A DNA stretch of 33,392 nucleotides, taken from the NCBI GenBank assembly GCA_963979105.1, contig CAXBWG010000001.1, positions 1 through 33,392 on the forward strand, written 5' to 3'. The DNA comes from an uncultured bacterium. Its GTDB lineage: Bacteria; Margulisbacteria; Marinamargulisbacteria; GCA-2716485; GCA-002719695. Under the pieces are notes generated by a model. That model saw only the letters and a program-made list of their open reading frames with translations, was not told where the DNA came from and made no database searches. The translations under genes and the position numbers were made by a program. Below, piece by piece: positions 26,981 to 33,392 of this stretch (positions within the stretch are counted from its first letter, which is position 1; every line of letters begins with the position of its first letter).

Positions 26981-27663
26981 GAACGTCTCCTTAAATGCTT
27001 TGAAAATAACTCATAAGAATTAAGATCTTGCTTTAAATACTTTTCAACACCTTTACTAGTTATTGTAGCCCCACTAATTCCATCTACAAAATTACTATAC
27101 CGATCCTTAGAAATAGTTGAATCCTTAAGTTTCCCCTTGACTACACTAATAGAAACAAAGGCTCCTGACATATCTGTGATTTTTTTTCCTATAAATTGCT
27201 TTTGAAACCAGTCTTTTTCTACTTCGGCACCTAAGCCGGGTGTTTCTTTATGATCGTAAACCGTTAATCCAACTACAGTTTCACCATCGCCTTTAATAGC
27301 AATATAGCCATAAACCCAACTCCATAAACCATAAGCTTTAAATGGAACAACATACATATCTATTGAACGTTTACTACCAACTACAAAAACTGGTAATTTT
27401 GTAACCTCATCAGTTAACCTTCCTGAATCGGAAATATAAAATTCTTTAACATTAGTTAAATATAAGTCTTCAATTTCATTTACAGTATATTTTTTAGTTG
27501 AAACAAGCAAACTTAATGATTTTAAAATATTTTTTTGGCGATCAACCAACATATTTTTCTCTTGTTTTGATTTTAAACCAACCGCAGTTGCAGTAAGTGC
27601 TATACTACAAAACAAGCACATTAATAAAGCAAATAAAAATGTTTTTTGTGTATCAGATAACAT
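26977..27663 (-). CDS. nqrC: Na+-NQR subunit C
   Basis: Single N-terminal TM and an FMN_bind domain with flavinylation site VDGISGATITSKG (S-G-A-T codons at 27064-27075). Confidence 0.9.
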   Translation of the reverse strand: MLSDTQKTFLFALLMCLFCSIALTATAVGLKSKQEKNMLVDRQKNILKSLSLLVSTKKYTVNEIEDLYLTNVKEFYISDSGRLTDEVTKLPVFVVGSKRSIDMYVVPFKAYGLWSWVYGYIAIKGDGETVVGLTVYDHKETPGLGAEVEKDWFQKQFIGKKITDMSGAFVSISVVKGKLKDSTISKDRYSNFVDGISGATITSKGVEKYLKQDLNSYELFSKHLRRRS

Positions 27664-28837
27664 GTGGAATCCTCTTTTTTGTTTTAATTTCCATCACAAC
27701 ATGATCTATTAATGGTGCGAATACATTCATTAATAAAATAGCAAGCATCCATCCTTCTGGATATGCTGGATTTATAACACGAATAATAATCCCCATCATT
27801 CCAATTAATACCCCATAAATAAATCGTGAAATTTCAAGAGAAGGGGAAGAAACAGGATCTGTTGCCATAAAAACAGAACCAAATGCAAAACTCCCTAAAG
27901 ATAATTGCCATAAGGGATTCAATCCAAGAAAAGCGCCCCCTTCTGGCCCTGCTACTAAATTTAAAATCAACGTCATAGAAGTGGCCCCAATTACACATCC
28001 GAGCATGGTTCTCCAACTACCTACCTTAGTTAATATTAAAACAACAGCTCCAAATAATGCACAAATAACTGACGTTTCCCCAATACTTCCTGGAATAAAT
28101 CCCAAAAATGCATCTTGCAAACTAAATCCAGCATCTATCAACCTATCTGCTGCGTTTTCTCCAGTTGGTGTAAGAGCCGCCACCCCTAATGCCGTAGCGC
28201 CACTCCAGCCATCTACAATTTGATCTTTTGCAACAAGAACCTTCGTCCATACCTCACCGCTAATATAAGCAGGGTATGTAAAAAATACAAACGCTCTAGC
28301 TGTAAGTGCTGGGTTTAAAAAATTTCGTCCAGACCCCCCAAACACTTCTTTTCCAATAATTACACCAAAAGCAATCCCAACACCCGCTTGCCATAATGGC
28401 AATGTTGCAGGCAATGTTAACGGATATAAAATCCCAGTAACTAAAAAACCTTCATTAATTTCATGCCCTCTAAAAATAGCAAATAACAATTCTATAATTC
28501 CACCAACTGCATAAGACACTATAATTAAAGGTAAAACTAACTTTAAACCTGTCATTACTACTGGAAGAAGCTCCAAACTTAGCCCCGCTGCTTGATGAGT
28601 TTGTAAACCAGAATTATATATACCAAATAAAATACATGGCCCTAATGCCGCTAAAACTATAGACATATATCGCTTTGTATCTAAAGAATCCCTTACATGC
28701 ACTTTCGATTTTGTAGTTTCTTTTGTACTAAATAAAAATGAATCCCCAGCTTCAAAAAGCGGATATAATTTTTCTAATTTTCCACCTTTTTTAAATAATT
28801 TTTCTTGACTATCTAAAAACTTCGTTAAAAACTTCAT
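27653..28837 (-). CDS. nqrB: Na+-NQR subunit B
   Basis: NqrB/RnfD family polytopic protein with flavinylation site VDGWSGATALG (S-G-A-T codons at 28193-28204). Confidence 0.9.
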   Translation of the reverse strand: MKFLTKFLDSQEKLFKKGGKLEKLYPLFEAGDSFLFSTKETTKSKVHVRDSLDTKRYMSIVLAALGPCILFGIYNSGLQTHQAAGLSLELLPVVMTGLKLVLPLIIVSYAVGGIIELLFAIFRGHEINEGFLVTGILYPLTLPATLPLWQAGVGIAFGVIIGKEVFGGSGRNFLNPALTARAFVFFTYPAYISGEVWTKVLVAKDQIVDGWSGATALGVAALTPTGENAADRLIDAGFSLQDAFLGFIPGSIGETSVICALFGAVVLILTKVGSWRTMLGCVIGATSMTLILNLVAGPEGGAFLGLNPLWQLSLGSFAFGSVFMATDPVSSPSLEISRFIYGVLIGMMGIIIRVINPAYPEGWMLAILLMNVFAPLIDHVVMEIKTKKRIPHVI

Positions 28838-30183
28838 GCTGTTACTTCCTTGTATAATTTTGTTTTTGCAGCTCTAAAAATTTCATCTAATTCTATTTTC
28901 GATGGACATACATACGTATATAAACCAGTATCAACAATATCTAACAAGCCATATTTAACAGCTGTTTCTATATCGTCAACATTTAAACTTTTCATAATCA
29001 TCTGAGGAGCAGAATCTACCTGACATACTTTTGCGCACACTCCACAAGAGATACACGCCCGATGCCCTCCATTCGTAGACGACGTCATAGAAAATTTTTG
29101 TTTTTTATTTATTGCAGACAAATACGTATTTCCAAAAGTAGGCTTATCGTACCCCCCTCTAAAAAACGTTAACAATTCTCGCTCTTGTCCTTCCCGAATC
29201 AAATTTATTGCATAATCGTTATACCCTAAACCCGATTCAAGACTCACTTTATCTCCAGTTAAAACACCCCCTGCAATAATTCGAACAGGATCTGAATTCA
29301 CAAATTCCTTAGATAAAAAGTTTAAACTTATCGCTTCACGTGTTTTTATATATCGTGGCTTTTTAGCTTGAGTCCCTGCTAACACAATTAATCGTTCTAT
29401 TGGATAGTTTCCAGACTTAAATAATTGACCAATCCGAATAATATCTAAAGAACGTATTCCCCAAGAAGCATTTTCTTCTTGAGTCTTTTTATTATGATAA
29501 AGAAAAACACCCGGGTTATTTGCAGGATAGTCCCCTTCTAACCTATGAGTTGCAAGTAAATTTAATTTTGATTGATCAAACTTATTTTTTTCAGATACTC
29601 CAACATAAACTGCTGAACTTAATTTTTTAATTATCTCTAAACCAAACACAAAATCATCATAATATTCTTTTAAAAAAACAGCTGATTCAGGCATAAACGG
29701 CTCATCATAATCAACAGTTACATATATAGAAGGTGCAATGTCATCTTGTTTAGGGGCTGCCTCAAATGGATATTGTGTAATTAAATTCCATAAACCGCCA
29801 TCAATAATACGACTAACAACATCTTCACGAGACAATTTAGTTAATTGATCATCAGTTACAGGAGAAAACAATTCCTCTACCTTTTCAGCTGAATCTTTTT
29901 GTATAACAACCTTTTCCACCACGCGCCTATGTCCATAAACGATTTCTTTTACTACGCCACTAACTGGAGATAAAAATTTTAAATGTGGTTGTTTTTTATC
30001 GATTAATAAAAGCGAGCCAATAGCCACTGCTTGATTTTCTTTAACAACTAATTTTGATTTAAAATTTTTAATTCGCACAGGATTGATTATAAATTCATTT
30101 GAATGAATAACCTCTTCTATAATAGTAGAAGGTTCTCCTTTTAAATTTAAATTGTATGTATTTTTAATTTTTAATTGCTTCAT
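28834..30183 (-). CDS. nqrA: Na+-NQR subunit A (with an atypical ferredoxin-like cysteine motif)
   Basis: 449 aa with an NqrA-like N-terminus (MKQLKIKNTYNLNLKGEPS). It is first in the nqrABCDEF order and overlaps nqrB by 4 nt. AGGA RBS upstream. Confidence 0.88.
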   Translation of the reverse strand: MKQLKIKNTYNLNLKGEPSTIIEEVIHSNEFIINPVRIKNFKSKLVVKENQAVAIGSLLLIDKKQPHLKFLSPVSGVVKEIVYGHRRVVEKVVIQKDSAEKVEELFSPVTDDQLTKLSREDVVSRIIDGGLWNLITQYPFEAAPKQDDIAPSIYVTVDYDEPFMPESAVFLKEYYDDFVFGLEIIKKLSSAVYVGVSEKNKFDQSKLNLLATHRLEGDYPANNPGVFLYHNKKTQEENASWGIRSLDIIRIGQLFKSGNYPIERLIVLAGTQAKKPRYIKTREAISLNFLSKEFVNSDPVRIIAGGVLTGDKVSLESGLGYNDYAINLIREGQERELLTFFRGGYDKPTFGNTYLSAINKKQKFSMTSSTNGGHRACISCGVCAKVCQVDSAPQMIMKSLNVDDIETAVKYGLLDIVDTGLYTYVCPSKIELDEIFRAAKTKLYKEVTA

Positions 30184-30261
30184 AGAATATCCTAATTAAT
30201 TTTATAATTTTAGTTAATTACATAGTTTATCAAATTATACAAAAACAATGAACACCAAAAA

Positions 30262-31290
30262 TCATAAATAACTTTCGCCTAACTGGCCACATGCAGCCGT
30301 AATATCTTGTCCTTTTTTATATCTAATTGTAACCCTACATTTATTTTTTTTCACACTATCTCGAATTGCTAAAAGCTTTTTAATTGCAACTGGCTTAAAA
30401 GGTATTTTAAAATGGGGATTTAAATTAATTAAATTAACTTTAGCATTTAAGTAATGAGCCAAATTTATTAATGAGCTAATATCGTAATCTGAATCATTAA
30501 CCCCCTCTAGTAAAGTATATTCCAATGTAACTTTACGATTATGTAATTGCTGATATGCATACAACACTTTTACAAACTCAACAATAGGATTACGGCTTTC
30601 AATAGGCATAAATTTTATACGTTTAATCGGATCAGCAGATCCAACAGAAAAAGCTAAATTTAAATATCGCTCATCTTTAATAAGCCTCTTTAGCCCAGCC
30701 ATATAGCCCGCAGTAGATACAGTAATCGCTCTTACGGATAAATCATAAGTTTGCTTTGCTGTTAAATAATCAATTGCAGCCACAACATTTTCATAATTCA
30801 TTAACGGCTCTCCCATTCCCATAAATACAATATTTTTTATGGGATAACCAATCAAAAAGCAATACACAACTTGTTTAACAATCTCTGCAACACTCAAATT
30901 TCGTTTAAACCCTACAACACCTGTTAAACAAAACTTACAATCAACAGCACACCCGCACTGAGATGAAATACATAGCGTATAATAATCTTCTTGATCCAAG
31001 ATAACACATTCTACTATGTTGCCATCCTCTAAATAACAAATATTTTTAATTGCATTTTCTTCTTTTGAATGAACAGATTTAACATCTTTAAATAACGAAA
31101 AATCAAATAACTCTGCAATCTTTTCTCTATTACTTTTCGAGATATTACTCATATTCGCAACATCATAAACATGTTTTTTATAGACCCAATCCAAGCATTG
31201 TTTAGCCACAAAGCCCTGAAAACCAAGCTCAATAAATTTATCTTTTAATCCTTGAACAGAAAAATCAAAAAAAGAATGTTTATTACTCAT
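30262..31290 (-). CDS. rlmN: dual-specificity 23S rRNA/tRNA adenine-C2 methyltransferase RlmN (radical SAM)
   Basis: Radical-SAM motif CAVDCKFCLTG (CxxxCxxC), GMGEPLMNY, and a C-terminal ACGQL cysteine; 342 aa. Confidence 0.9.
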   Translation of the reverse strand: MSNKHSFFDFSVQGLKDKFIELGFQGFVAKQCLDWVYKKHVYDVANMSNISKSNREKIAELFDFSLFKDVKSVHSKEENAIKNICYLEDGNIVECVILDQEDYYTLCISSQCGCAVDCKFCLTGVVGFKRNLSVAEIVKQVVYCFLIGYPIKNIVFMGMGEPLMNYENVVAAIDYLTAKQTYDLSVRAITVSTAGYMAGLKRLIKDERYLNLAFSVGSADPIKRIKFMPIESRNPIVEFVKVLYAYQQLHNRKVTLEYTLLEGVNDSDYDISSLINLAHYLNAKVNLINLNPHFKIPFKPVAIKKLLAIRDSVKKNKCRVTIRYKKGQDITAACGQLGESYL

Positions 31291-31314
31291 ATAAGCCCTA
31301 TAAATTTAACTATT

Positions 31315-31542
31315 TTATCCTGGTGATTGAATCTTATCTTCTATTTTCTCAGTTTGAAAATTAGAAGTAGTTTGAGCCGAATTATCCTCTATTTCAATAG
31401 ATTGAATGTTTTTATCAGATTTAAATGCAGCATTAAATTTATCTGAAGGTTCAGAAATGTCATCTTTTTTTGATTTTTTTTTCAAAAAAAAAGCACTAAA
31501 AAAAGAACTTGCAATCAACAATTTAACCAATCTTCCAAACAT
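31315..31542 (-). CDS. hypothetical small membrane-anchored protein (doubtful)
   Basis: 75 aa with a hydrophobic N-terminus (LVKLLIASSFFSAFFL) followed by a charged low-complexity tail. There is no SD upstream, and it contains long A/T homopolymers. Confidence 0.3.
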   Translation of the reverse strand: MFGRLVKLLIASSFFSAFFLKKKSKKDDISEPSDKFNAAFKSDKNIQSIEIEDNSAQTTSNFQTEKIEDKIQSPG

Positions 31543-32224
31543 AATATGATTACTGTAGTCGAATACTTAAATAAGCACAAGAAAAACTAAAAGTGCCAGA
31601 GTCTTATTCGTAAAAAGTACCAGAATTAAAATTGTAATATGATAAAAATATATCCCTAAATAATTTAATTAAATATAATTAATATAACCTGATACCTCCC
31701 CTACATATTTTAATAGTACATAAACAATCATTTACAGTTACAAAACAGATTAAAAAAAAGAATATATAAAATTCTCAAAAAAAAACTAACTACCCAATCA
31801 TATAAGAATCAAACACATGCACTCCGTAATCTTGAATATGTAAATTTTTCTTTAGATTTAGCTTTTTTAATAGTAGTTCCAATGCAACGTATACCATCTG
31901 TTACATTTTTAAATAACAAATCATACTCCATTAATTTTTCAAAATTAATTTTATGATAAACAATTTTAGGACTTGTTGATTAATAGAATCAGGCCCTAAG
32001 CAAACAATACTATCTACTTATAAATCGTTAATTAAATTAAAAAAACACTTACGTACCAAGTAAACTTGTTAACCCTATAACTAAAAAATTTTTTTGTTCA
32101 TATAATTTAAGTTTAACAAATTAAAGTAATTTGAATGGCAATTAAATTATGAGTTAAAATTCCAAAATAATTAAAATAGATTCAATCCTTTATTTAGTTT
32201 AAAAATTTCTGTAAAATAACAAAA

Positions 32225-32527
32225 ATGCACCACCCAATTATAACAAAAAAAGATATCGCTAAAGAATTAAGTATTTATATGGGTTGGACTAAAAAAAAAT
32301 CAGAAAGCTTTATTGAAAGTATGTTTAATTGGATAAAAAAAGAAATGAATAATCAAAAAAAAATCATTATTACTGGCTTTGGGTCTTTTCAATTAAATAA
32401 GCGAAAAAAACGAGTATGCCTACATCCTAAAACAAAAGAAAAAATTACAATCCCAGAACGCTTAGCCCCTCACTTTAGCAGCTCTTCTCACTTATTAAAA
32501 AAAATAAATTTAGGAGAAATACAATGA
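32225..32527 (+). CDS. HU/IHF-family DNA-binding protein
   Basis: 100 aa with [10 protein letters not shown]..., [36 protein letters not shown]. This is the GFGxF, basic beta-arm and Pro pattern of HU/IHF. Confidence 0.8.
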   Translation: MHHPIITKKDIAKELSIYMGWTKKKSESFIESMFNWIKKEMNNQKKIIITGFGSFQLNKRKKRVCLHPKTKEKITIPERLAPHFSSSSHLLKKINLGEIQ

Positions 32528-33392
32528 ACCCTGTATCACAAAAAGCAGATGATCTAATTCGCTTATTAAACCTATTACCACAGCGACTTAAAAATTATTT
32601 AAATGACTCCGAGCATTTAGAAGAACTCGAAGAAATAGTAATGGACTTAGGTTATTATCCAGAAGTGCGATTTTCACATACCATTTATAGGTTAAAAGAA
32701 CTTGGAGAAATATCGATCGAAGATATTATGGGAATTACAAAACGTATTGGCCAGTTTAATACAGATAACAGAGCTGGAATAGAACGAACTCTGCATAGAA
32801 TTTCTGCTATAAAAAATAGATCCGGAAATATTATAGGTTTAACCTGCAGAATTGGACGTGCGGTAGAAGGAACAGTAGATATAATTCAAGATATTGTTGA
32901 AAGTGGTCAAAACTGTTTATTTTTAGGACCTCCCGGAATAGGAAAAACAACACTATTACGAGAAGTTGCTCGAGTTTTATCTACCATTACATCAAAACGA
33001 GTTATTGTTGTTGACACGTCTAATGAAATTGCAGGTGACGGTGACATTCCACATCCTGGCATTGGCTATGCAAGACGAATGCAAGTTCCATCACCAGATC
33101 AACAACATACAATTATGATTGAAGCTGTAGAAAATCATATGCCAGAAGTTGTTATTGTCGATGAAATTGGAACTGAAGAAGAAACCAAAGCCAGTAGAAC
33201 AATAGCTGAAAGAGGTGTTCAACTAGTCGCCACCGCACATGGTTACCAACTTGATAACTTAATTAAAAATCCAACATTATCAGATTTAATTGGAGGATTT
33301 CAAAGTGTTATTTTAGGTGACGAAGAAGCAAAATTCAGAGGAACAAATAAATCTATAATCGAACGTAAAGGGCTTCCAACTTTCGATGTAAT
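32524..33392 (+). CDS. SpoIIIAA/Ycf45-like AAA ATPase (usually carries a C-terminal R3H domain), 3'-truncated by the window edge
   Basis: Hand-translated open frame with no stop to the window end: [15 protein letters not shown].... It has Walker [13 protein letters not shown], Walker [13 protein letters not shown] and VATAHG. The ATG overlaps the HU-like stop (ATGA). It is absent from the ORF track because it has no stop. Confidence 0.75.
   Translation, partial: MNPVSQKADDLIRLLNLLPQRLKNYLNDSEHLEELEEIVMDLGYYPEVRFSHTIYRLKELGEISIEDIMGITKRIGQFNTDNRAGIERTLHRISAIKNRSGNIIGLTCRIGRAVEGTVDIIQDIVESGQNCLFLGPPGIGKTTLLREVARVLSTITSKRVIVVDTSNEIAGDGDIPHPGIGYARRMQVPSPDQQHTIMIEAVENHMPEVVIVDEIGTEEETKASRTIAERGVQLVATAHGYQLDNLIKNPTLSDLIGGFQSVILGDEEAKFRGTNKSIIERKGLPTFDV

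Noticed and set aside
27834-28223. Two short ORFs (27834-28016 minus, 27981-28223 plus) inside nqrB
   Set aside because: They are nested or antisense within nqrB, whose SGAT motif and NqrB/RnfD character are clear.
24505-30183. The possibility that the six-gene cluster is Rnf rather than Nqr, raised by the Fe-S-like cysteines in subunit A
   Set aside because: The last gene encodes a TM-anchored 2Fe-2S ferredoxin plus FAD/NADH reductase (CGGGGTCAMCKV, RAYSMANYP, GGGAGMAP). That is NqrF, which Rnf lacks. There is no RnfB-type polyferredoxin. Subunit A lacks the RnfC NADH/FMN-binding region, and apbE follows directly.
30203-30239. Inverted repeat TATAATTT (30203-30210) and AAATTATA (30232-30239) upstream of nqrA as a possible operator
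   Set aside because: The arms consist only of A and T, are 8 bp long and are separated by 21 nt. Such repeats are expected by chance at this base composition, and one arm is simply a TATAAT-like -10 candidate.
31809-31931. 40-codon minus-strand ORF (MEYDLLFKNVTDGIRCIGTTIKKAKSKEKFTYSRLRSACV) in the long non-coding gap
   Set aside because: There is no SD or recognisable promoter. It is bounded by a stop four codons upstream of the ATG, and no motif is present. I keep it only as a possible pseudogene fragment under the gap finding.
1-33392. Search for CRISPR arrays, IS or transposon ends, integrases, prophage or defence-island genes, tRNA or rRNA genes
   Set aside because: I found no regularly spaced direct repeats, terminal inverted repeats flanking a transposase-like ORF, T-loop-like GGTTCGAATCC-type motifs, or nuclease/ATPase defence architectures. 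The window reads as core metabolic and housekeeping chromosome.

Overview
This 33.4-kb window is a very AT-rich (roughly 30% GC by eye), tightly packed chromosomal segment of a diderm (outer-membrane-bearing) bacterium. It uses the standard code: TGG encodes Trp and TAA/TAG/TGA are all used as stops. I saw no rRNA, tRNA, CRISPR array, transposase or integrase. All calls come from motif recognition in the translated ORFs; no database search was run.

Layout:
- 1-3920: a 5'-truncated citrate synthase, rpiB, an rmlD-like reductase, a small beta-barrel-like secreted protein and coaX.
- 4008-8723: a giant (1571 aa) NAD-specific glutamate dehydrogenase.
- 9014-18824: a head-to-tail + strand string of miaA, pgpH-like 7TM-HD, ybeY, dgkA, CBS/CorC, a 770-aa orphan, an rlmD-type methyltransferase, bacteriohemerythrin, a Fur-family regulator and a small NqrM-like protein.
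- 18821-31542: a - strand block of a small ORF, rlmN, nqrABCDEF, apbE, then porin, a periplasmic FMN_bind protein, a 2-TM PepSY_TM-like protein, feoA and feoB.
- 31543-32224: a 682-bp non-coding gap.
- 32225-33392: an HU/IHF-like gene translationally coupled to a 3'-truncated SpoIIIAA/Ycf45-like AAA ATPase.

The most interesting candidate is the five-gene operon wedged between the Nqr maturation genes apbE and nqrM. It has its own promoter overlapped by a Fur-box-like perfect palindrome. It joins an outer-membrane porin, a secreted protein with an ApbE flavinylation motif, a VciB/FoxB-like two-histidine membrane protein and FeoAB. This reads as a dedicated flavin-dependent periplasmic ferric-reductase and ferrous-import module.

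A second oddity is that NqrA retains a ferredoxin-type CxxCxxCxxxC...CP cysteine set, which the cofactor-less Vibrio NqrA lacks. Lineage cannot be determined from this window. The gene content is compatible with a low-GC Bdellovibrionota/Oligoflexia-like or host-associated organism, but that is only a guess.
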